Virus record (IMG/VR): IMGVR_UViG_2791355197_000001
Coordinates: 1 to 23,153 of that record
Strand: one strand, 5' to 3'
DNA from: a virus
DNA: 23,153 nt
The notes beneath the pieces were generated by a model, which was not told the origin of the DNA, did no database searches, and saw only the letters and a program-made list of their open reading frames with translations. Position numbers and translations under genes: made by a program. Position 1 is the first letter of the stretch; every line of letters starts with the position of its first letter. Positions 6,397-13,216 of this stretch are shown piece after piece.

Positions 6397-6714
6397 AAAT
6401 GGTGCCGAGGCTTTCAACTCCTCAGGCATGTCCCGGGTACATCCGCCGTGGACAGAATTCATGTCGATCGCGTACTCCTGACTTAGGACCTCGTCCCGCG
6501 TCATCCAGCCGCGCAGCGTTTCCGCGATCGGCTCTGGCACGACGAATCCGCCAACCTCTCCGGCCGCGAAAATAGCTTGCGGCACCGGAGGCGCGATCAC
6601 GAACTCGTCGGCAGTGAAAGTGAAACCGGACGTAGCCGGAGTCGGCCGCGCCGCTGCAGCACCACCGAACAGTCCAAGCGCGGCACCGAGAAATCCACGT
6701 CGAGAGATCGTCAT
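6373..6714 (-). CDS. twin-arginine (Tat) signal-containing hypothetical protein
   Basis: MTISRRGFLGAALGLFGGAAAA; GGAGG RBS; stop codon lies inside tRNA-fMet. Confidence 0.65.
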   Translation of the reverse strand: MTISRRGFLGAALGLFGGAAAARPTPATSGFTFTADEFVIAPPVPQAIFAAGEVGGFVVPEPIAETLRGWMTRDEVLSQEYAIDMNSVHGGCTRDMPEELKASAPFRGVEQAR

Positions 6715-6788
6715 TGACCGCCTCCGGCGCGATCGTAAGACCCCGTTAGCCCGACGACTAAATATCGTTCATGGCCGAACTGAGTCAT

Positions 6789-6876
6789 TGGCGGACGGCC
6801 GAGGAATCGAACCCCCATCGCTCGCGCGAGCCACGGTTTTCAAGACCGCTGTCAGACCATTCCGACGGGACCGTCC
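6789..6876 (-). tRNA. tRNA-Ser(TGA), probable 8/4 fold
   Basis: GGACGGTC/GGCCGTCC 8-bp acceptor, GGGG/CCTC 4-bp T stem, loop CTTGAAA, long variable arm. Confidence 0.9.
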
Positions 6877-6880
6877 AAAC

Positions 6881-6958
6881 TGGCTTCCCCTGCTGGACTC
6901 GAACCAGCGGCCTCGGCCTTCGGACGGCCGCGCTCTGACTCCACTGAGCTAAGGGGAA
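6881..6958 (-). tRNA. tRNA-Arg(CCG)
   Basis: TTCCCCT/AGGGGAA acceptor; arm CGGCC GTCCGAA GGCCG. Confidence 0.92.
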
Positions 6959-6994
6959 AACCGAACCGGCGGCAGGGCGTGCTGCCGCCGGCAA

Positions 6995-7531
6995 TCACTT
7001 CTCGAGCTCGACATCCCAGTACAGATAGTCTGTCCAGGACTCGTGCAAGAAGTTCGGCGGGAAGAGCCGCTGGGCCGCGAGCAGATCGAACTGCGTCGGC
7101 TCGAACGGCGCCCGCAACGGCTTCACGCGGAAGCGGTCCTTCCGCATGTTGCAGGGGCTGCACGCCGCGACGATGTTCGTCCAGGACGTCTCGCCGCCGT
7201 CGGCGCGCGGGATGACGTGGTCGAACGTCAGCTCCCCGCGGAGGTGCTGCTCGCCGCAATACTGGCAGCGGAAGCGATCGCGGAGGAAGACGTTGAACCG
7301 CGTGAAGGCAACCCGGCTCGGCCGCCGGACGTATTCGCGCAGCGCGATCACCGACGGCAGCGGCATCTCGGTCGACGGGCTCCGGATGACCTGGTCGTAT
7401 TCCGCGACCACGACGTGAGATCCGCGCACCACCGCCTTGACGGCGTCTTCCCAGCCGAACAGCGACAGCGGGAAATAGGACAGCGGCTGGAAGTCGGCGT
7501 TCAACACCAGCGCCGGATTTGCGGCAAACAT
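6995..7531 (-). CDS. HNH endonuclease (McrA-like, ~178 aa)
   Basis: ALVLNADFQPLS, RFNVFLRDRFRCQYCG, LTFDHVIPR..GG.TSWTNIVAACSPCN.RK; start after GAAAGGAGG. Confidence 0.93.
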   Translation of the reverse strand: MFAANPALVLNADFQPLSYFPLSLFGWEDAVKAVVRGSHVVVAEYDQVIRSPSTEMPLPSVIALREYVRRPSRVAFTRFNVFLRDRFRCQYCGEQHLRGELTFDHVIPRADGGETSWTNIVAACSPCNMRKDRFRVKPLRAPFEPTQFDLLAAQRLFPPNFLHESWTDYLYWDVELEK

Positions 7532-7554
7532 CGTCGACCTCCTTTCTCGGTTGA

Positions 7555-7629
7555 TGGTAGGCGCAGCCAGATTCGAATTGACGACCAAGCCGTTATGAGC
7601 GGCCGGCTCTACCGCTGAGCTATGCGCCC
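7555..7629 (-). tRNA. tRNA-Ile2(CAT, lysidine type; Met not excluded)
   Basis: GGGCGCA acceptor; arm GGCCG CTCATAA CGGCT; A53:C61 mismatch in the T stem. Confidence 0.8.
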
Positions 7630-7633
7630 GAAA

Positions 7634-7711
7634 TGGTCGGTGTGGCAGGATTTGAACCTGCGGCCCCTTCCGTCCGAGGGAAGTACGCTGACCTGGCTGC
7701 GCTACACACCG
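7634..7711 (-). tRNA. tRNA-Pro(CGG)
   Basis: CGGTGTG/CACACCG acceptor; arm CTTCC CTCGGAC GGAAG (A37). Confidence 0.93.
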
Positions 7712-7712
7712 A

Positions 7713-7786
7713 TGGCGCCCCTGACGAGGATCGAACTCGCCTTCCCGCATCGACAGTGCGGTCCCTTCCCAGATGGGTACAGGGGC
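7713..7786 (-). tRNA. tRNA-Asp(GTC)
   Basis: GCCCCTG/CAGGGGC acceptor; arm CCGCA CTGTCGA TGCGG; G73. Confidence 0.9.
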
Positions 7787-7789
7787 ATT

Positions 7790-7930
7790 GATCTCTCCGG
7801 GACGCCGGCGGCTACCTTGCTCATCGGTCGGCCTCTTGAACCGTCTCGCAGGCTCACGCCTGTGGCCAATTCTTCCCGTAGGCTTTGCGCCGCGCGGTGA
7901 ACGCGCTTGATCCGGCGCCCCGGAGAGATC
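7790..7930 (-). ncRNA. putative structured ncRNA of unknown family
   Basis: 19-bp closing stem GATCTCTCCGGGGCGCCGG/CCGGCGTCCCGGAGAGATC enclosing several hairpins; lies between two tRNAs. Confidence 0.5.
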
Positions 7931-7936
7931 GAAGAT

Positions 7937-8020
7937 TGGTGCGGCCGGCCGGAGTCGAACCGACATGGTTTCCCGTCGCCTCCTCAAGACGATGCGTCTA
8001 CCGAATTTCGCCACGGCCGC
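7937..8020 (-). tRNA. tRNA-Leu(GAG)
   Basis: GCGGCCG acceptor; loop TTGAGGA; variable arm; A73. Confidence 0.93.
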
Positions 8021-8105
8021 AAATTTTGGTGCTGGTCGAAATAAGCGACTGCCTATTCCAAAGTGAGCCAGCGCAGTTGTATCCTTCGCGCAGGAGGATA
8101 CCGAC

Positions 8106-8318
8106 ATGACAGTTCTGCAGGACGTTGGCTCATTCATTCAAAGCCAATCACCGAACCCCGTTTGCGACGACTGTATTGCCGATCGCCTCGGACTTTCGGT
8201 TCGACAGCATGCCAACCATAAGACGAGAGAATTGGCAGGAACCGGTGGGTTTATGCGTCGCGACGCTGAATGCGCAATCTGCAAAAACGAGAAACGGGTA
8301 ATCTCTTGGTCTGCCTGA
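8106..8318 (+). CDS. small Zn-binding hypothetical protein (CDDC...CAIC)
   Basis: AGGAGG RBS; two CxxC pairs flanking an HTH-like segment. Confidence 0.75.
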   Translation: MTVLQDVGSFIQSQSPNPVCDDCIADRLGLSVRQHANHKTRELAGTGGFMRRDAECAICKNEKRVISWSA

Positions 8319-8344
8319 AGGGCCACTCCGTCGCCTTAATTAGA

Positions 8345-8420
8345 TGGTGGGCCACCGCGGACTCGAACCGCGAACCTTCCGCTTAAGAGGCGGACGCTCT
8401 GACCGTTGAGCTAGTGGCCC
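8345..8420 (-). tRNA. tRNA-Lys(CTT)
   Basis: Arm TCCGC CTCTTAA GCGGA; CCA. Confidence 0.95.
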
Positions 8421-8421
8421 A

Positions 8422-8497
8422 TGGTGGGCTCCGCGGGACTCGAACCCGTACCCTTCAGATTAAAAGTCTGCTGCTCTGCCAATCGAGCTACGAGCCC
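8422..8497 (-). tRNA. tRNA-Lys(TTT)
   Basis: Arm CAGA CTTTTAA TCTG; CCA. Confidence 0.95.
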
Positions 8498-8673
8498 GGC
8501 AGATCGGTTGCGGCGGCCAGCCGCTCCGATTTCGCGTGGCGCGCCGTGATGGCGTCGCTCTTCGCCTTCGTGCGCGCGAGGGCGGCCTGGCTCTCGGCAG
8601 AGAGGACATGCACGCCGATCGGCAGCGTCGCCGCCAGCAGGCCACCCATCAGCGTCGTCAGAACAACCGTCAT
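8488..8673 (-). CDS. small membrane-anchored hypothetical protein
   Basis: GAGGAGG RBS; MTVVLTTLMGGLLAATLPIGVHVL; stop codon inside the tRNA-Lys 5' end. Confidence 0.6.
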   Translation of the reverse strand: MTVVLTTLMGGLLAATLPIGVHVLSAESQAALARTKAKSDAITARHAKSERLAAATDLPGS

Positions 8674-8691
8674 GTCGGCCTCCTCGTTTTT

Positions 8692-8765
8692 TGGTGCTCC
8701 AGTCAGGAATCGAACCTGCGTCAACCGCTTATCGAGCGGACGCACTGCCACTGTGCTACAAGAGC
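8692..8765 (-). tRNA. tRNA-Ile(GAT), atypical (C33)
   Basis: Loop TCGATAA closed by CCGC/GCGG; mismatches in acceptor and T stems. Confidence 0.78.
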
Positions 8766-8773
8766 GTTGAAGT

Positions 8774-8848
8774 TGGTGCGTCCGGATGGAATTGAACCAC
8801 CGGTATCGACCATGTCGGGGTCGCGCTCTACCACTGAGCTACGGACGC
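8774..8848 (-). tRNA. tRNA-Val(GAC), C33
   Basis: Arm CGACC CCGACAT GGTCG. Confidence 0.88.
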
Positions 8849-8915
8849 GAACCGGTATCGACTCTCTGACGACTACGTCGCTCGGGTTCACCCGAGCGGC
8901 CGATCTCCGGGTTAA

Positions 8916-8990
8916 TGGTGCGCGCTGACCGGATCGAACGGCCGACATCCTGTGTGTAGGACAGGCGCTCTACCGCTGAGCTAAGCGCGC
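8916..8990 (-). tRNA. tRNA-Val(TAC), C33
   Basis: Arm CCTGT CCTACAC ACAGG. Confidence 0.88.
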
Positions 8991-8997
8991 ATGATCT

Positions 8998-9076
8998 TGG
9001 TGCCCCAGGCCGGATTCGAACCGGCAATGAAGCTGCTTTTGAGGCAGCGGCGTCTACCACATTCCGCCACCGGGGC
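8998..9076 (-). tRNA. tRNA-Leu(CAA), short variable loop
   Basis: Arm GCTGC CTCAAAA GCAGC; Leu-type D arm; variable region only TTCATT. Confidence 0.9.
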
Positions 9077-9105
9077 ATTGTCGTTACAATGGAATTCCAT
9101 TGTCT

Positions 9106-9187
9106 TGGTGCGGCCGGAAGGACTCGAACCTTCACTCCGAAGAACTGGTTCCTGAGACCAGCGCGTCTGCCGTTCCGCCACGGCCGC
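9106..9187 (-). tRNA. tRNA-Leu(CAG)
   Basis: Arm CTGGT CTCAGGA ACCAG. Confidence 0.94.
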
Positions 9188-9192
9188 ATTGA

Positions 9193-9268
9193 TGGTGCCA
9201 CCGGCGCGGATCGAACGCGCGGCCTCGTCCTTACCAAGAACGCGATCTGCCAACTGATCTACGGCGGC
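9193..9268 (-). tRNA. tRNA-Thr(GGT)
   Basis: GCCGCCG acceptor; loop TTGGTAA. Confidence 0.93.
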
Positions 9269-9437
9269 TCACGTGAAAGCTTCACGTGAAAGCTGTGAGC
9301 GATATCGTCGTCACGGGTTCGTGTAATGCGTATTTCCCGGTGTGGGTTACGCCCCGAAATGGGTGCCTCAGTATCGCCCGCGTGTTAAATGACACCCGCT
9401 ACGCCGACGAAATGTTCGGCTGCAGAAAGGAGCGAAA

Positions 9438-9560
9438 ATGTTTGCCGAAGAAGTGCGGTTGACGATCGGACCGTTCGGCATCGCCGGCAAAACCGGCAAT
9501 GCCGTCTTGGTCCTCGTTATCGTGCTGACGTGGATCACAGCCTGCCAGTACGTGTTCTAA
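9438..9560 (+). CDS. 40-aa single-TM peptide
   Basis: AAGGAG RBS; MFAEEVRLTIGPFGIAGKTGNAVLVLVIVLTWITACQYVF* (below the ORF-track cutoff). Confidence 0.6.
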   Translation: MFAEEVRLTIGPFGIAGKTGNAVLVLVIVLTWITACQYVF

Positions 9561-9661
9561 ACGAACTGGTTCTGACAACTGAGGCGTCACGCCGGTGGGT
9601 TGCAGCCATCGGCGTGACGAAAACTAGCACCTCTCGGCCGATTAGAACAAGCCCGGATCGT

Positions 9662-9738
9662 TGGTGCCCGCAGCATGGGATCGAACCTGCGACCTCTCGC
9701 CTACAATGCGAGCGCTGCTACCGCTGAGCTATGCGGGC
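9662..9738 (-). tRNA. tRNA-Thr(TGT), bulged D and T stems
   Basis: Arm CTCGC ATTGTAG GCGAG; extra nucleotide in the T stem. Confidence 0.82.
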
Positions 9739-9739
9739 G

Positions 9740-9814
9740 TGGTGCCGGCGGCCAGATTTGAACTGGCGACCTTCGCGTTACGAGTGCGCTGCGCTACCGC
9801 TGCGCCACGCCGGC
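9740..9814 (-). tRNA. tRNA-Thr(CGT)
   Basis: GCCGGCG/CGCCGGC acceptor; loop CTCGTAA; weak anticodon stem. Confidence 0.88.
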
Positions 9815-9972
9815 GAGAGTAAATTCACAAACGGCCGGAACAGGCCCGGCCAATAGAAAAAACATCGCTGCCTGAAACCACCGTTTGCCGCTCCACTGAA
9901 GGAGACCGGTACCGGTCAGCGAGATCGCCTTATGTCCTTGCGGGGGCGACCATCCCGTATTCGAAATTCACG

Positions 9973-10167
9973 TCATGCAGCCGTGCGCGCGCCGCGACGA
10001 TGCGGCTGCGCTCGGTTTAGGTAATCGAGGTAGATCTTGCGAGCCTGGGCCTCGGTGACACCGCGGCGGGCGACAACGGTCCGCACGAAGGCGAGCGCTA
10101 CCGGCGAGGCAAAGATCCTCTGCTGGGCGCGGTTCTCGAGTCCTGTGGTGGTGTTGGTCCGGGACAT
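9973..10167 (-). CDS. small basic hypothetical protein
   Basis: 64 aa; GGAGAAGG upstream. Confidence 0.55.
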   Translation of the reverse strand: MSRTNTTTGLENRAQQRIFASPVALAFVRTVVARRGVTEAQARKIYLDYLNRAQPHRRGARTAA

Positions 10168-10416
10168 CGCCCTTCTCCGCCTGGTGTGGCGGAGGACGAT
10201 TCCTGCCGCCGGTTACGCTCTTGCTGGTGTGGGTAGCCCGGACGTACCGAGCAGATAATTCGAACCTTGCTTCGTCACGCGCATGCACGCCCAATCGCTC
10301 GACCGGGTAAACGGTCGTTCGATGGCGGCGGCGACGATATGTGCAGCTATGCGCAACACGGGCTTCGGTCCTAAGAGCGCGGGCAAATCATTTGCCGGCG
10401 GATTTGATGGGGCAGC

Positions 10417-10447
10417 GGTATGCGCAGAAGTTCGCGAATCCGTCAAG
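10417..10447 (-). promoter_or_regulatory. candidate sigma70-type promoter facing the tRNA array
   Basis: CTTGACG-N17-GCATACC resembles the alphaproteobacterial housekeeping consensus. Confidence 0.3.
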
Positions 10448-10579
10448 TCCCCTGCTCCACACAATCGCTGAGCGAGGCGTCCGTTCCAGGCCGCCATGGG
10501 CAGTATGGCGTCTCGGGTAACTCCCTCAACATATGGACGATTTGACTCCAGCGGAGCACACTGCATTCACTGCGGCATC

Positions 10580-11062
10580 ATGACCGAAAAAATTTCGCCA
10601 GATGCCTCCGGATTGACGCGTCGGCCGATGGAGGAGCGCACCGGCTGGCACGTCTACTACACCGACGTCTGCATCGGATGGATCGCCGCCCGCGCCGGCG
10701 TCCCTCACGAATCCGATCAGTGGGCGTGGTCGTGCGGGTTTTATCCGGGTGCTCCCCAACACGCCGAGCGCGACGGCACCGCCGTCGACTTCGAGCAAGC
10801 TCGAGCTCGCTTTGAGGTCGCCTGGCGCGATCTGGCCGGTGTCCTCACCGAGACCAATCTGCAGGAATGGCGAGATCAGCGTGATTGGACAGAACGGAAA
10901 TACGCGATGTGGGCGCGCGGCGAAAAGCTGCCGTCTCAAATCCCGTCTTCCAAGATGCGCTGCCCCTGCGGCGTTGAGTTCGACAGCCACGTACTCGCCG
11001 ACAACCTGGCCCACGTACCTCACATCACTGCCGCGCAGAGGCGGGACCGGATCGCACGATGA
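10580..11062 (+). CDS. conserved hypothetical protein (rhizobial prophage type)
   Basis: WHVYY..W.WSCGFYPG..F..AW..WRDQRDWT.RKYAMW..MRCPCG.FDSH motifs; start uncertain. Confidence 0.75.
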   Translation: MTEKISPDASGLTRRPMEERTGWHVYYTDVCIGWIAARAGVPHESDQWAWSCGFYPGAPQHAERDGTAVDFEQARARFEVAWRDLAGVLTETNLQEWRDQRDWTERKYAMWARGEKLPSQIPSSKMRCPCGVEFDSHVLADNLAHVPHITAAQRRDRIAR

Positions 11063-11349
11063 GGAAGATGAAGGAAGATCTGCCTTGGTCGGACCCCGAA
11101 AAGGCTGCGCGACGGCTGATCAAGTATGCCCAGGAATTCAAGCCGATCCAGGACGGCCGCATCTACACCGAGGTGCTCAATTATCCCTTCATCGACCGAG
11201 ATCGCGCGACCCCAGCGCAATACACGGCGGGGATGCAATACGCGAAGGATGCCGGCTGGCTGGAGAAGATGCACGAAAGTGGCACCTATACGCGCATCAC
11301 GGAAACAGGCCGGTTGGTCGAGCCGTTCGAATTCGAGAGGCCAGATTGA
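11059..11349 (+). CDS. hypothetical protein (wHTH-like)
   Basis: DPEKAARRL..QDGRI..GWLE.HESGTY; ATGA overlap with the upstream gene. Confidence 0.75.
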   Translation: MRKMKEDLPWSDPEKAARRLIKYAQEFKPIQDGRIYTEVLNYPFIDRDRATPAQYTAGMQYAKDAGWLEKMHESGTYTRITETGRLVEPFEFERPD

Positions 11350-11558
11350 CGCCGGCGCCGACCTGCAAGCGCTGCCGCGGTGCCCGCTGGGTCTGCGAGA
11401 ACCATCCCGATCGGCCGTGGAGCGCTGACACCGGTTGCGAATATTGCGGTGCCGGCGCCGGCATGATCTGTCCGGATTGTAATCCGGCAGACGGGTTCAC
11501 GCATCCGATTTTGCCGCCCGGCTTCGTCGAGGACGACGATTCTGGAATTCGCAATTAG
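11346..11558 (+). CDS. small Cys-rich Zn-finger-like protein
   Basis: CKRC..WVCENHPDRPW..C..CGAG.GM.CPDCN; TTGA overlap with the upstream stop. Confidence 0.65.
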   Translation: MTPAPTCKRCRGARWVCENHPDRPWSADTGCEYCGAGAGMICPDCNPADGFTHPILPPGFVEDDDSGIRN

Positions 11559-11565
11559 TATCTCG

Positions 11566-11952
11566 CTACGAACTACGATTAACCGCGTTTGTAAACTTAT
11601 CGAAATCCCCAAATCTCACCATCATGCCTTGCATCACGGCTTCTATCGATCCGTCGTCCGCTACGCGATAGGGTACGCTAGCAAGCACGCCATCGGGTTC
11701 GAAGGCTGGCCCCGCTAGCCTCGCGGCGGCCGGCAATGGAGGCGGCAAAGCGCCGAGTTGAACCTCCGGTCCCTTAGCCGAAACCTGAGTAAAGGCCCAG
11801 ACAAGTGCAGCAACCCAGCCGATGAAAGTCCAGCCTAGGAAGATGTTGACGATCACTATTGCCGCAAAATTCTGATGTTTACGTTCAGAAGCGACGAAGG
11901 TTGGTATGAAATAAATACAGATCGAAACCCCAAGTAGAATTAGAACGTCCAT
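11566..11952 (-). CDS. superinfection immunity protein (T4 Imm family) with C-terminal extension
   Basis: IYFIPTFVA..RKH.N..AI.IVNIFLGWTFIGWVAALVWA signature; GGAGG RBS. Confidence 0.88.
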   Translation of the reverse strand: MDVLILLGVSICIYFIPTFVASERKHQNFAAIVIVNIFLGWTFIGWVAALVWAFTQVSAKGPEVQLGALPPPLPAAARLAGPAFEPDGVLASVPYRVADDGSIEAVMQGMMVRFGDFDKFTNAVNRSS

Positions 11953-12081
11953 ATAGCGCCTCCAATTTGAGCGCCGCCAAAAAGAACACGATATCGCGAA
12001 CAATGTACGGTGCCAAGCCAACGGGTCGGATTGAGGTCCCTCCTTTGAGCCAAGACTCGCATTTGGCCCAGCGCTGCATAG

Positions 12082-12690
12082 ATGCCGGCTATGATCAAAC
12101 AGTTCGAGTTCTGCAAGCCGGTCCCGAAACAGGTAGTTCCGACCGGCCCCGATTGGATCCACGAGGTCAAATACGACGGCTACCGCGGGCGCGTAATCCG
12201 CGACGGCGACGTGGTGCAGGTGCGCTCGAAAGCCGGCCTTGATCTGACTTATCGCTACCCCATGATCGTCGAGGCGGCCCGGAAGATCAGGAACAAGCAG
12301 TTCGTAATCGATGGCGAGATCTGCGTGCTCGATGTCCGCGGAATCTCGCAATTCGACTGGCTGCACTCCGGCAGATACAACGACGACGCCCAGCTCTACG
12401 CATTCGACATCATCGCGCTCGATGGCGAGGACCTGCGGCGCCTGCCGCTCGACCAGCGCAAGTCGAAACTGGCCAAGCTGCTCGATCGCCGACCTGAGGG
12501 CATCTTCGTGGCGCGGTTCGAGCGCGGCGAGATCGGTCCGCAGCTGTTCGAGGCCGCCTGTGGTATGGACCTGGAAGGGATCGTCTCGAAGCGCCGCGAC
12601 CGCGGGTACCGGCCGAAGCTCTGCGATTGGGTGAAGGTCAAGAACCGGGCGCACCCCGCCTATCGCCGCGTAGCTGATCAGTTCGGGTAG
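12082..12690 (+). CDS. ATP-dependent DNA ligase, LigD/LigC-like adenylation domain only
   Basis: Motif I EVKYDGYR, IDGE, YAFD, LEGIVSKR, WVKVK; no OB-fold domain. Confidence 0.9.
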   Translation: MPAMIKQFEFCKPVPKQVVPTGPDWIHEVKYDGYRGRVIRDGDVVQVRSKAGLDLTYRYPMIVEAARKIRNKQFVIDGEICVLDVRGISQFDWLHSGRYNDDAQLYAFDIIALDGEDLRRLPLDQRKSKLAKLLDRRPEGIFVARFERGEIGPQLFEAACGMDLEGIVSKRRDRGYRPKLCDWVKVKNRAHPAYRRVADQFG

Positions 12691-12751
12691 CGCACAGCTT
12701 GTCAGTCCATTACGCCCCGTCTAGGTTGATCGGTGGAACCTGGGGTTGTTC

Positions 12752-13180
12752 ATGCTTCATTTGACCGCTCTTAAAGAACTCAAGGTGACCTCTGTCAGCC
12801 TCGAACTCGCAGCCAGCGTAATTCAATTTGGAGATTCGTCTCCGCAGGTACGGCTCTCAGCGATTTCCGAACCGATTGATGGACACCAGGTTGCGGGGCG
12901 GATCTGCGTCTCTCACGTCCAAGCTGGTGGACCGAAGAACTTGTTTCGGATGTTTCGCACCGGCTTGTTCGATACCACCGTTTACGTTGAGCGGGTCTAT
13001 CTGCACATGCTGTGGCAGGCCTGCACGATGCCGTATGAGTACTTCAACGCCTCCATCGCGCTGCGAGACCCGATCGACTTTGGTCTGGAATTGCAAGAAC
13101 TCGATCTTGCGTTCAACTACGACATTGGCAGAGGAAAAACAGCTTGGAAAGAGCTGCCCTCCGAAGACTGGATCGTTTAG
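12752..13180 (+). CDS. hypothetical protein
   Basis: ~142-aa ORF; no recognised motif. Confidence 0.5.
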   Translation: MLHLTALKELKVTSVSLELAASVIQFGDSSPQVRLSAISEPIDGHQVAGRICVSHVQAGGPKNLFRMFRTGLFDTTVYVERVYLHMLWQACTMPYEYFNASIALRDPIDFGLELQELDLAFNYDIGRGKTAWKELPSEDWIV

Positions 13181-13216
13181 TCAGCACAGGTCTTCGCTCT
13201 ATTGTCGAAGTGTTGA

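Noticed and set aside
7532-8137. N-terminal extension of the HNH ORF (380 aa)
   Set aside because: It runs through four tRNA genes; the real start with RBS is at 7531.
8850-8913. Hammerhead ribozyme (CTGACGA on the + strand)
   Set aside because: The required GAAA core and stem II arrangement are absent.
10213-10566. Ash-like ORF / C4 antisense region
   Set aside because: The resemblance is limited to a few residues, with no clear C4 structure or RBS.
11953-12654. Long N-terminal extension of the Imm ORF (362 aa)
   Set aside because: Antisense to the ligase gene; the RBS supports the start at 11952.
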